From a virus (Duplodnaviria; Caudoviricetes): 43,383 nucleotides of DNA. The DNA lies in IMG/VR virus record IMGVR_UViG_3300044676_007235, positions 1-43,383 of that record; one strand, 5' to 3'. The first letter of the stretch is position 1. The number at the start of each line of letters is the position of its first letter. A program made the position numbers and the translations under genes. The notes below the pieces were generated by a model, which saw only the letters and a program-made list of their open reading frames with translations, was not told the DNA's origin and searched no databases. Shown here one piece after another: positions 28,201-37,234 of the stretch.

Positions 28201-31200
28201 GATATTCTTGATATTCGCCCAAGAGTTTCTGAATATACTGTTACCGAGAACGCTAGATCGCCTTTTGAGTTCCACGGAAGAACATTTACTGGTGCTGGTG
28301 ATACTGCATCGAATATTTTAGCGTCCAATGAGTCGATTTCCATCGATTTCTCCTTCTATTTGGGCAGAATTGACAGAGTTTTCCTCACAAAGGATGGAAG
28401 ATTTCAAGTTAAATACGGAGCACCTTCCGAAAATCCACAAAAACCAGGTGCTGTTGATGATGCAATCGAAGTTGCAACCATTAAACTACCTGCATATCTT
28501 TATGATACGTCTCAAGCGTCTGTCAAATTCTTGGATCATAAAAGATTCAGAATGGTTGACATTAAAAACCTTGAGAATCGTATCAAAAACCTTGAATACT
28601 ACACATCTCTGTCACTTTTAGAGACAAATACGTCAAATCTGTTTGTTTCTGACTCAAAAGGACTTAATAGATTTAAATCTGGTTTCTTTGTTGACAATTT
28701 TTCATCATTCTTGACTCAAGAGGAGTCGGTTGAGTTCAAAAATAGTGTTGATATCAAAAATAAGCAATTACGTCCTCAGCATCACACTGATTTAATCGAT
28801 TTGCAAGGCAATTTGACAAGTTCAAGTGATGATTTGCAGTTTGCAACACCTGAAGGAACCAATGTTACCAAAAATAATGACATTGTTACTCTCGATTACA
28901 CTGAAGTTGAGTGGTTGAAGCAAACTTTTGCAACTAGAACCGAGAGTGTGACTCCTTTCCTTGTAAGTTTCTGGAATGGTTCAATAGAACTGACACCAGC
29001 GACGGATACTTGGGTTGATACTGTAAGACTTGAGGCAAAAATTGTAGATACTGAGGGTAACTATGCCGAAACTCTTGCTTTGGCGTCTAGAACTCTAAAT
29101 GTAGATCCTCAAAATGGTTTTGCTCCTACTATCTGGAATTCTTGGGAAACCAACTGGTCTGGACAAGATATTATTGAAGATACTCGCATCAGAACTGTTC
29201 GTGGGGGCGAAAATGCCAACGTTCAGGGCCCAGGTGGACGTGCAAGAACTCGTTCTTGGAGAGAAACTGTAACCGATCAGGTTATTGAGGATACCATCCT
29301 TGAAGTTAGAGATACTGGCGTTCAATCCAGAACTGGAACCAGAACTGTCGTTACAGAACAGTTTGACACCACCTCTGCTGGCGATAGATCCGTCTCTAGA
29401 GACTTAATTTCCTTCATGCGTTCTAGAAACATTCAGTTTGTCGCTAAAAGGATAAAACCATCCACTCAAATGTATGGTTTCTTTGATGGAGTGGACGTAA
29501 CCAAGTATTGTGTACCAAAACTTCTTGAAATCACAATGATTTCTGGCGCATTCCAAGTTGGTGAGACTGTTGTCGGTAGAACTCGTCCTGTAGGCAATCA
29601 ACCTTTAGATCCTGGTGCAGTTGACGCCAGAATTACCTTTAGAGTGGCAACTTCCAATCACAAAGAAGGCCCATATAACTCACCTCTGACAACATTCAAA
29701 ACTAATCCTTATACAAGAGCAACTTTACCCGCTTCTTATTCTTCCACATCACAAATTCTTAACGTAGATACTTTCTCACTCTCCAATCAACCTCAGGGTA
29801 CATTCTCTGGGTTTGTTGAGACTGGAATGATTATGGTTGGACAGACAAGTGGTGCTCAAGCAACGATTTCTAATGTCAGACTAATTTCTGATATTAGTGC
29901 AACTTTAATTGGCAGTTTCTTCCTTCCCAATCCAAATAATAATACAAATCCAAGATTTGAAGCAGGACAGAAAGTATTCACTCTGGTGAATAATGAAAAT
30001 AACAATCAAAATAATGCATCCTCTATTGCTGAGGAAGGATACATTTCCTCTGGTACACTTGAGACAGTTCAAGAAACCATCATTTCTGTTAGAAATGCTA
30101 GAATTGAAAATAAGACTGAATTTGAGGACAGAGCAGTTGCAAGAACAACAGGTGCTTCCGTAGTTGCTTCAAATACTATCTCAACACAGCAAAGAGAGAG
30201 AACTGTTACTCAGTGGTACGATCCTCTAGCACAGTCTTTCTTAGTTGATGATGAGACTGGAGTGTTCTTAACTAAGTGTGATGTATTCTTCGCATCTAAG
30301 GATGATGTAGATATTCCAATCACCTTCCAACTTAGAGAAATGAAGGGTGGCGTCCCAACTCAAAGAGTTATTCCGTTCTCTGAAGTTATTCTAGAACCAT
30401 CTCAGGTTAATACTTCTACGGATGGTTCTGTCGCAACTACATTCACTTTCAAAGCACCTGTTTACCTTGAGGGGGGCGGCGAATATGCAATCGCACTTGC
30501 TTCTATCTCAACCAAGTATAGTGCATATATTTCAAGAATTGGCGAGAATGATTTAATCACTCAAACCTTTATCTCCAATCAACCATATCTCGGTTCTCTG
30601 TTTAAGTCACAAAACGCTTCAACTTGGGAACCAAGTCAGTGGGAAGATTTGAAGTTCACACTTTATAGGGCAGACTTTGTTACCAATGGTTCTGTTGAGT
30701 TCTATAGTCCTGAACTCACAGACGGTAACAAAGGGGTTGCACATCTGATGCAAAACTCTCTGAACTTTAACTCAAGAGAAATCAGAGTTGGAATTAATTC
30801 TATCCTCCAAGACACTGACATCAAACTTGGCAATACTGTTCGCCAGTTAACCACAAATGCAACTGGTGATTATGTTGGAAATGCTGGTATCGCAACTGGC
30901 ACTCTTCAAGTTATTAATTCTGGTATTGGATATACTCCATCTGCTGACACTTTACTATTTGGAAGCGTTCCTCTTACCTCAGTTACAGGCAACGGAAGAA
31001 ATGCTAAGGCAAATATCACCATCAACAATGGTGTTGCAATTGCAGCAACAATTACAGAGTCTGGAACAGGATATGTGATTGGTGATGTTCTTGGAATCGG
31101 AACCATTGGAACTAATAATCTTGGACTTGGTGCAAGACTTTCTGTACAAACTATCACCAATGTCAGCGAATTGATTCTACAAAATGTACAAGGTGATTTT

Positions 31201-32664
31201 GCTATTGCTGGTGCCGGTAAGACTATCATGTTTGACAATAACGCAGGAATTACAACTCAGTTGAATGCAGCGCAAGGTGGCAATGTTCAAATTTTTGAAA
31301 TTGAAGTTGATAATGATGGGCAGCATGTAGTTGTCGATCATAAGAACCACGGAATGTATTTCTCCAATAACTTTGTTACCATTTCTGATGTTCACACTGA
31401 TGTACAACCAGTCAAATTGACTCAACCATTTGATGCAACTTCCACATCTCCACTCCAGGTTGATGCAACTACCAACTTGAATCAGTTTGAAAATGTTGGT
31501 GTTGGAACAACTAACCTCGGATATGTTCTGATTGGTGATGAGATTGTTTCATACAGTTCTGCATCTGGTACAACTATTGGAGGAGAAATCACTAGAGGTG
31601 TTGATAACACTCTTTCCAAGAACTATCCTGCAGGAACACCAGTTTACAAATATGAACTTGATAGTGTTTCTCTGAGAAGAATCAATAAGACTCATAATCT
31701 TGCTAATGTAACTGTTGCCAACCCAATTACATTTGATTCTTATAATATCAAACTGGACATGGGTTCTAGTGGTGTTGGACGCTCTACAAGCGAAAGTCAT
31801 CCAATCCTTTATGCTGGAGAAACTAAAACTGCAGGTGGTAGCGTAACCAAGGCAACACAAAACATTCCATTTGAAATTGTTCATCCAATTGTTCAGACTT
31901 TAACTGTACCAGGTACAACTCTAAGTGCAGAAATGAGGACTGTTAGTGCTACAAGTATCAGTGGCAATGAAATTCCATACGTGAATCAAGGATTTGAGAG
32001 CATTTCTCTCAATAAGACGAACTATTTCTCAACTCCAAGACTCGTCGCATCCAAGGTTAATGAGACTGCCAAACTGGCAGGAATTCCTGGCAATAAGTCC
32101 ATGAATCTTAGAATTAATCTTGATACTGTCGATTCTAGACTGTCTCCTGTTATTGATACTCAGAGAGTCAGTGCTATTCTTACATCAAACAGAGTAAATA
32201 GTGTCATCGACAATTATGCAACCGACAATAGAGTTAATAGTATTGAAGATGATCCTACTGCTTTCCAGTATCTCTCTAAAGAGATTACTTTAGAGAATGC
32301 ATCAACATCTATTAAGATTCTTGCTAACGCACACGTTGGTGCTGGAGCTAGCGTAAGAGCATTCTTCGCGATTGGTGAGGATACTGGATTTGAACCAATC
32401 TTCGTTCCTTTCCCCGGATTTAACAACCTTAACGAAAGAGGAGAAGTTATTAACGTTGCCAACAATGATGGATTGAGCGATTCATTCGTTGCTCCAACAG
32501 ATAATACTGGTTTCACCCCACAGGAGACACTCTTCAGAGAATACACCTTCACTGCAGACGAACTTCCATCATTCACTTCTTACAGAATAAAAATTGTGAT
32601 GACATCTGCCAGTCAGGTACATGTGCCTAAATTATCAGATTTGAGAGTAATTGCACTCGCATAA
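25201..32664 (+). CDS. vrlC: large virion structural protein, VrlC/DUF4815-like
   Basis: PYFDDFD..VLFKPGYPVQARELTTLQSILQNQ; APGADR; RFKSGFFVDNF; DPLAQSF; C-terminal DLRVIALA. Confidence 0.8.
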   Translation: MSQETNLNVAPYFDDFDANNDYYKVLFKPGYPVQARELTTLQSILQNQVEKFGQHFFKEGAKVIPGNTAYSASYNAVELENVFLGIPVTDYINQLIGTKITGETSGVTAVVDKVLMPTSSERGSTTLYVSYLGSNSEDNATTTFADGELISSNVALSAASTIISANEPFANAVTQNATSVGSAFSISNGVYFAKGTFVNVSDETLILDQYTNIPSYRIGLLINEEIINSDIDASLNDNSRGFNNYSAPGADRLKISTSLFKKALDDFDDNNFIELATVNEGVLRTKKRGDYSLLEDTLARRTYAESGDYYIRAFDLTTKESLNNNRGNRGVFNSSQLTYNGSSPEESLGLYQMSPGKAFIKGYEVETIAPTYIDFPKPRTTKTLKNQAVNYKTGSTLRVNAVHGHPTVGLGNTFVLSLRDSRVGATRTGVPGKEIGLARVYDFNLNSGAYNSNNLDLNEFNLALYDVQTFSEIHLNEPITLSTPTFIKGNNSGATAFISTSVAAGTALTVYDRRGDFVANESFSINGINNTRVAIAVTNFGISDVRAVSSIVGAAATFTADTIQIESVVVGVASIFARVDSNGTSKVSSTANNFPGTLRVGNLVKFSNLTSSDPVFASVVAVGSSDVTITGVTTITGVCDGAMPAGAIHVQDFGVITTPLEGVEDNSFYTKLSRDNVANVDLTSANITIRKSFDVNISNNQLTSSVQAGNNETFLPYSADRYELIRANGTIEALTSDKVSITNGGSNIQIYNLSNGDDDATLVATLNKIKPKSKVKLKNRVSTIVVDKSVLSASGIGATTLNDGLTFGSYPHGTNVQDEKISLNTPDVLDIHAVFESVDTSDASAPTFVMSSLTGPTGKTSDLIIGESVRGKDTGAVGQVAELLTDSKISFISGNNKNFKEGEILIFAESEIQAVLTTIDTPSINISSEFTFTNGQRSSFYNYGFITRKSGKKAPYRKLKIYFSSAYYQTTDDGDITTADSYTGFDYIEDIQTVNSVRNTDILDIRPRVSEYTVTENARSPFEFHGRTFTGAGDTASNILASNESISIDFSFYLGRIDRVFLTKDGRFQVKYGAPSENPQKPGAVDDAIEVATIKLPAYLYDTSQASVKFLDHKRFRMVDIKNLENRIKNLEYYTSLSLLETNTSNLFVSDSKGLNRFKSGFFVDNFSSFLTQEESVEFKNSVDIKNKQLRPQHHTDLIDLQGNLTSSSDDLQFATPEGTNVTKNNDIVTLDYTEVEWLKQTFATRTESVTPFLVSFWNGSIELTPATDTWVDTVRLEAKIVDTEGNYAETLALASRTLNVDPQNGFAPTIWNSWETNWSGQDIIEDTRIRTVRGGENANVQGPGGRARTRSWRETVTDQVIEDTILEVRDTGVQSRTGTRTVVTEQFDTTSAGDRSVSRDLISFMRSRNIQFVAKRIKPSTQMYGFFDGVDVTKYCVPKLLEITMISGAFQVGETVVGRTRPVGNQPLDPGAVDARITFRVATSNHKEGPYNSPLTTFKTNPYTRATLPASYSSTSQILNVDTFSLSNQPQGTFSGFVETGMIMVGQTSGAQATISNVRLISDISATLIGSFFLPNPNNNTNPRFEAGQKVFTLVNNENNNQNNASSIAEEGYISSGTLETVQETIISVRNARIENKTEFEDRAVARTTGASVVASNTISTQQRERTVTQWYDPLAQSFLVDDETGVFLTKCDVFFASKDDVDIPITFQLREMKGGVPTQRVIPFSEVILEPSQVNTSTDGSVATTFTFKAPVYLEGGGEYAIALASISTKYSAYISRIGENDLITQTFISNQPYLGSLFKSQNASTWEPSQWEDLKFTLYRADFVTNGSVEFYSPELTDGNKGVAHLMQNSLNFNSREIRVGINSILQDTDIKLGNTVRQLTTNATGDYVGNAGIATGTLQVINSGIGYTPSADTLLFGSVPLTSVTGNGRNAKANITINNGVAIAATITESGTGYVIGDVLGIGTIGTNNLGLGARLSVQTITNVSELILQNVQGDFAIAGAGKTIMFDNNAGITTQLNAAQGGNVQIFEIEVDNDGQHVVVDHKNHGMYFSNNFVTISDVHTDVQPVKLTQPFDATSTSPLQVDATTNLNQFENVGVGTTNLGYVLIGDEIVSYSSASGTTIGGEITRGVDNTLSKNYPAGTPVYKYELDSVSLRRINKTHNLANVTVANPITFDSYNIKLDMGSSGVGRSTSESHPILYAGETKTAGGSVTKATQNIPFEIVHPIVQTLTVPGTTLSAEMRTVSATSISGNEIPYVNQGFESISLNKTNYFSTPRLVASKVNETAKLAGIPGNKSMNLRINLDTVDSRLSPVIDTQRVSAILTSNRVNSVIDNYATDNRVNSIEDDPTAFQYLSKEITLENASTSIKILANAHVGAGASVRAFFAIGEDTGFEPIFVPFPGFNNLNERGEVINVANNDGLSDSFVAPTDNTGFTPQETLFREYTFTADELPSFTSYRIKIVMTSASQVHVPKLSDLRVIALA

Positions 32665-32665
32665 T

Positions 32666-32896
32666 ATGAAAAATCATTTAAAGGTTGAGGGACATGCTCA
32701 TTTGTATAGAGATCCTAAAACAAACTCTATCATTAACAAAAATACTAATCAGTATAACGAGTATGTTTCTCGACGTGAATCAAAAAATGAAGAGGAACAA
32801 AAGATACAAAATCTAGAATCAGATTTTGCTACAATTAGAGGTGAATTAGATGAAATCAAGTCACTATTAAAGGAGTTTATCAATGAATCCAGATGA
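32666..32896 (+). CDS. hypothetical protein with C-terminal coiled coil (ATG start 32666)
   Basis: KVEGHAHLYRDPKTNSIIN...ELDEIKSLL. Confidence 0.75.
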   Translation: MKNHLKVEGHAHLYRDPKTNSIINKNTNQYNEYVSRRESKNEEEQKIQNLESDFATIRGELDEIKSLLKEFINESR

Positions 32897-33068
32897 TATA
32901 AAATTAGACACAGTGGAGAAGATGTTTGCTTACACAAAACTGGCAAATGAAATTGACAATCTTGAGTCTGTTGAAAACATAAAAAATGTAGCCAAATCAT
33001 ATTGTAAACTTTATTTTAAGCAACAAGAAGTCGTCAAGAAGTTGAATCTCGAATCAATAAATAGTTAG
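32883..33068 (+). CDS. hypothetical protein
   Basis: 61 aa; AKSYCKLYFKQQEVV; AGGAG RBS. Confidence 0.7.
   Translation: MNPDDIKLDTVEKMFAYTKLANEIDNLESVENIKNVAKSYCKLYFKQQEVVKKLNLESINS
33057..33063 (+). promoter_or_regulatory. late-promoter-like motif
   Basis: ATAAATA upstream of gp13. Confidence 0.55.
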
Positions 33069-33082
33069 AAAGTCTAAGTTAT

Positions 33083-33928
33083 ATGGCGCAGCCCTCTACC
33101 AGACAGGAATTAATCGATTACGCTAAAAGGAAACTGGGTGCGCCAGTCCTGGAAATCAATGTTGCCGATGAGCAGATTGATGACTTGGTTGATGATGCTT
33201 TCCAGTATTTCCACGAGCGTCATTTTGATGGTGTTCAGCAAACTTACCTCAAATATCAATTTACTCAAGAAGATATTGATAGAGGAAGAAGTCCAAACTC
33301 TGCAGTAACACAAGCAGGAATTGTTACTACTACCGCTGCGGCAACTATTGATGGTGCTTCGGTGACATTCTCATATAAAGAAAACAGCAACTATATTCAG
33401 ATTCCACCAGCAGTAATTGGTATTAATAAAATTTTTAGATTTGATACCAGCACAATAACGAGTGGAATGTTCGGTCTAAAATATCAATTATTTTTGAATG
33501 ACATATACTCTTTCAGTTCAATGGAGTTGTTGACATATGCAATGACAATGGAAAGACTTTCTGATATTGATTTTTTACTGAATACGGATAGTCAAATTAG
33601 ATTTAATCAGAGAGTGGATAGATTATATCTTGATATTGATTATGGAGCGGTTAGTGCAGGTGAATTTATCGTTATTGATTGCAATCGCCTTGTAGATCCT
33701 GATGATTTTTCAAGAGTTTATAACGACTCTTTTGTGAAATTGTATCTTACTGCTCTCATTAAGAGACAGTGGGGACAGAATCTAATGAAATTCCAAGGAG
33801 TCAAACTTCCGGGCGGAGTTGAACTCAATGGTAGACAAATCTATGACGATGCCGAAAAGGACATCGAAAGAATCATGGAGAAAATGTCTAACACTTATGA
33901 AATTCCACCTCTTGACATGATTGGCTGA
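33083..33928 (+). CDS. gp13: neck protein
   Basis: KRKLGAPVLEINV..YFHERHFDG; IKRQWGQNLMKFQGVKLPGGVELNG. Confidence 0.95.
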   Translation: MAQPSTRQELIDYAKRKLGAPVLEINVADEQIDDLVDDAFQYFHERHFDGVQQTYLKYQFTQEDIDRGRSPNSAVTQAGIVTTTAAATIDGASVTFSYKENSNYIQIPPAVIGINKIFRFDTSTITSGMFGLKYQLFLNDIYSFSSMELLTYAMTMERLSDIDFLLNTDSQIRFNQRVDRLYLDIDYGAVSAGEFIVIDCNRLVDPDDFSRVYNDSFVKLYLTALIKRQWGQNLMKFQGVKLPGGVELNGRQIYDDAEKDIERIMEKMSNTYEIPPLDMIG

Positions 33929-35343
33929 TGCTTAACCCATTTTTCCTAAACGGTTCCCAACAGGAGCAAAGTCTTGTTCAAGACTTAATCAACGAACAGT
34001 TGAGGATGTATGGTGTTGAGGTTCATTATCTGCCAAGGCAGTATGTAACCAAAAACACTGTCATCAGAGAAGTTATTGAGTCTAAATTTACAAAGACATT
34101 CCCAATCGAAGCATATGTAAACAACTTTGATGGGTATAGTGATAACTCACAATTACTCTCAAAGTTTGGCATTCAGGCAACTAATGAAATAAATTTAGTT
34201 ATTTCACAAGAGAGATTTGAAACATATATTTCACCCCTTATTAAAGACTTAGAAAATGTTGAATTGTCAACTCGTCCGAAAGAGGGAGATTTAATTTATT
34301 TTCCGCTAGGAGATAGACTTTTTGAAATTAAATTTGTTGAGCATGAGAAACCTTTCTACATGCTTCAGAAGAACTACACATTTGAACTTAGATGTGAACT
34401 CTTCCGATATGAAGATGAAGTTATCGACACTGGCGTAGAGGTGATTGATGATGAAACTGATATCATTGGAAACATTCGCACCCTAACATTAGTTTCTGCT
34501 GGAACTGCTGCGACTGCTACAGCAACAATATCTGGAATCTGTACAAATGGTGGTGTCATTTCTGTCACCATGACAAGCAGAGGAGAGAGGTATATTATTC
34601 CACCTACAGTTAAATTTTCAATATCTCCAACTGGTTCATCAGACACTGCAGTTGGCATCGCAACTTTAATCAGCGATTTGACTAACTGTGATGGAACTCA
34701 GATTGGAAGTAAGGTTCAAGGTGTTAACCTTACTAATCCTGGTTGTGGTTACACTGTTGCTCCAGGTATTGCATTCGTTGGATCTGCATCAGATACTGGA
34801 GTCGGTGCTGCTGCAACAGTTACAATCGGCAATGGTGTCCTGAAACCAATCACTATTATCAACGGTGGTAGTGGATATATAACCGCTCCAGCGGTTACAA
34901 TCAGTTCCCCTGGTATTGGTACAACAGCACTCGCAACTGCTATTGTATCCGCTGCTGGAACCATCTCCGAGGTTAGATTCTCTAATGCAGGTGCAGGATA
35001 TACTGTCACACCTACAGTTACTATTGCAGCACCTGCTGGAATAGGGGCAACGGTTGGTGTAGGAACATTTGTCAGAAACGAAATTGTCACAGGTTATGTC
35101 AGTGGCGCTACTGCAAGAGTCAAGACTTGGGTAGTGGGAACGGGATTACTAACTATCTCAAACCTAACTGCAGACTTTTCTCCAGGAGAGGTTCTCTTTG
35201 GCTCAGAAAGCAACGCTGTTTACAAACTGAGTTCTGTAGAGAATGACAATACTGTTGAAGCGTTCCCAGACAATGACACCATTGAAGACTTAGCAGATTC
35301 ATTTCTAGACTTCAGTGAAAAGAATCCTTTTGGCACACCATAA
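33928..35343 (+). CDS. gp14: neck protein / head completion protein
   Basis: EQLRMYGVEVHYLPR, LSKFGI, RPKEGDLIYFP, FEIKFVEHEKPFY, DFSEKNPFG. Confidence 0.93.
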   Translation: MLNPFFLNGSQQEQSLVQDLINEQLRMYGVEVHYLPRQYVTKNTVIREVIESKFTKTFPIEAYVNNFDGYSDNSQLLSKFGIQATNEINLVISQERFETYISPLIKDLENVELSTRPKEGDLIYFPLGDRLFEIKFVEHEKPFYMLQKNYTFELRCELFRYEDEVIDTGVEVIDDETDIIGNIRTLTLVSAGTAATATATISGICTNGGVISVTMTSRGERYIIPPTVKFSISPTGSSDTAVGIATLISDLTNCDGTQIGSKVQGVNLTNPGCGYTVAPGIAFVGSASDTGVGAAATVTIGNGVLKPITIINGGSGYITAPAVTISSPGIGTTALATAIVSAAGTISEVRFSNAGAGYTVTPTVTIAAPAGIGATVGVGTFVRNEIVTGYVSGATARVKTWVVGTGLLTISNLTADFSPGEVLFGSESNAVYKLSSVENDNTVEAFPDNDTIEDLADSFLDFSEKNPFGTP

Positions 35344-35346
35344 ATA
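35340..35346 (+). promoter_or_regulatory. late-promoter-like motif
   Basis: ATAAATA upstream of gp15. Confidence 0.55.
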
Positions 35347-35375
35347 CCCTTAACGGCTGAGTAGAGCTCAATGCT

Positions 35376-36383
35376 ATGTTTGACTATTTTTATCACGAAA
35401 TCTTAAGAAAGACTATCATTTCTTTTGGTACCCTTTTTAATAACATTGAAATCCGTCATCAGGATTCTGCAGATGCTGTTATTGAAAAAATTAAAGTACC
35501 CTTGGCATATGGGCCTACTCAGAAGTTTTTAGCAAGATTGGGGCAATCTCCATCTCTAAGCAAAGGGACTCAGATCACTTTGCCTAGAATGTCGTTTGAA
35601 TTTATTGGACTTCAATATGATTCTTCTAGAAAGGTAACGACAACTCAAACATTCACTACAGTCAATCCAGACGATAAGACTGAAGTGAAAAAGGTTTTCA
35701 TGCCTGTTCCGTACACCATGGCATTTGAGTTGACTATTTACACGAAGTTAAACGATGATATGCTACAAATTGTTGAACAAATTCTCCCATATTTTCAACC
35801 ATCATACAATCTGACAGTAAACCTTGTAGAAAATATCGGAGAGAAAAGAGATATCCCAGTCGTTATTGAAAACATCTCAATGCAAGATGATTATGAAGGC
35901 GATTTCTCTACTAGAAGAGCTTTGTACTATACGATTAGATTTAGCGCAAAAACTTATTTCTATGGCCCAGTTTCTTCTGGAGCATCCAAAGATCTTATCA
36001 AGAAAGTTCAAGTTGGTTACATTGCAGGAGATACTACAAATACTCCTACAAGAGATGTTACATATTCTGTCGAACCAAGAGCAACCAAAAATTATACTGG
36101 CAGTGCAATCACAACATTGTCACAAGATATTGGTATAACTGCCAAGTTTATTGAGATGGCAGACACCAGTGGAATCGCAGACAGTTCCTTCTTCACCATT
36201 GATAATGAGTCGATGCGTGTACTTGAGGTTGTCTCAAGCACGAAACTCAAAGTTGAGAGAGGTATGGATGGAACAACAAAAGCAAATCACGTTGCCGGAA
36301 CTGATGTTCATCTGATTACTGTCGAAGACAATGCTCTTATTGAAATCGGTGATAACTTTGGTTTTGATGGCAGCACCTTCTAA
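35376..36383 (+). CDS. gp15: tail sheath stabilizer / tail terminator
   Basis: YFYHEILRKTIISFGTLFNNI, KVPLAYGP, LPRMSFE, QIVEQILPYFQP. Confidence 0.95.
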   Translation: MFDYFYHEILRKTIISFGTLFNNIEIRHQDSADAVIEKIKVPLAYGPTQKFLARLGQSPSLSKGTQITLPRMSFEFIGLQYDSSRKVTTTQTFTTVNPDDKTEVKKVFMPVPYTMAFELTIYTKLNDDMLQIVEQILPYFQPSYNLTVNLVENIGEKRDIPVVIENISMQDDYEGDFSTRRALYYTIRFSAKTYFYGPVSSGASKDLIKKVQVGYIAGDTTNTPTRDVTYSVEPRATKNYTGSAITTLSQDIGITAKFIEMADTSGIADSSFFTIDNESMRVLEVVSSTKLKVERGMDGTTKANHVAGTDVHLITVEDNALIEIGDNFGFDGSTF

Positions 36384-36385
36384 AT

Positions 36386-36814
36386 ATGATTAACAAATTT
36401 GACGATTTAAATGATGCTTTCGATATTACAGGAGATGTTATGGATGCCACCATTGAAAAGGTAGAACCAACACCTTTGGAAAAGAAAAAGAGTACTGATG
36501 ATATAACTAAGGATTATGAATATACTAGAGGTAATCTGTATTCTTTGATTGAAAAAGGACAAGAAGCAATCAACGGCATTCTTGAACTGGCTCAAGAGAG
36601 TGAGATGCCTCGTGCATATGAAGTTGCAGGACAACTGATTAAGAGTGTTGCGGATGCAACTGATAAGTTGATGGAACTTCAGAAGAAATTAAAAGATGTG
36701 GAGGAGGAATCGACAAGCAAAGGCCCCTCTACTGTCAATAATGCTCTGTTTGTTGGATCTACTGCAGATTTGGCAAAACTTCTTAAGTCAAAAGATATCA
36801 ACCCCGATAAATAA
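36386..36814 (+). CDS. gp16: terminase small subunit
   Basis: DYEYTRGNL, PRAYEVAGQLIK, NNALFVGSTADL. Confidence 0.93.
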   Translation: MINKFDDLNDAFDITGDVMDATIEKVEPTPLEKKKSTDDITKDYEYTRGNLYSLIEKGQEAINGILELAQESEMPRAYEVAGQLIKSVADATDKLMELQKKLKDVEEESTSKGPSTVNNALFVGSTADLAKLLKSKDINPDK

Positions 36815-36829
36815 TTAAAAAAAAGTACT

Positions 36830-37159
36830 ATGGCAGTACCAGTAACTAACATCGAAATTGAGCAGGGAACAGACTTTACCTCCAATTTCACTATCACCAA
36901 CACAGACGGAAGTGTCTTTGATATGGAGGATGGTACTGCTGTGGCAAAGATGAAAAAGTTTCCTACTGCAGGAACTGCTTACACCTTTACTGCTGGTATT
37001 ACCACCTCCACAGGTATCATTACTTTGGATATGGCAGATACCATTACTACAGATATTCCTGCTGGAAGATATTACTACGATATTCTACTCACTAAGTCAG
37101 ATTCTGATAAAGTTAGAGTTCAACAAGGAATGGCACTTGTGACTGCTGGCATCTCATAA
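36830..37159 (+). CDS. small beta-sandwich virion protein
   Basis: IEQGTDF..GRYYYDILL..RVQQG pattern; ATAAATA at 36807-36813 upstream. Confidence 0.65.
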   Translation: MAVPVTNIEIEQGTDFTSNFTITNTDGSVFDMEDGTAVAKMKKFPTAGTAYTFTAGITTSTGIITLDMADTITTDIPAGRYYYDILLTKSDSDKVRVQQGMALVTAGIS

Positions 37160-37234
37160 AACGAACTTAGAAAAATGACTAAATATACTTAGGAGAAAAA
37201 TCCTACAGTATTTTTTACTCATAACACTTGTCTA

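Noticed and set aside
11612-32664. Intein, intron or diversity-generating retroelement in the giant structural genes
   Set aside because: Frames are uninterrupted, and I saw no intein or homing-endonuclease motifs, no reverse transcriptase and no TR/VR pair.
37190-37219. Small hairpins TAGGA/TCCTA and AGTA/TACT before ORF 37235
   Set aside because: Stems of 4-5 bp in AT-rich DNA, and the AGGAG is about 40 nt from the ATG, so chance is likely.
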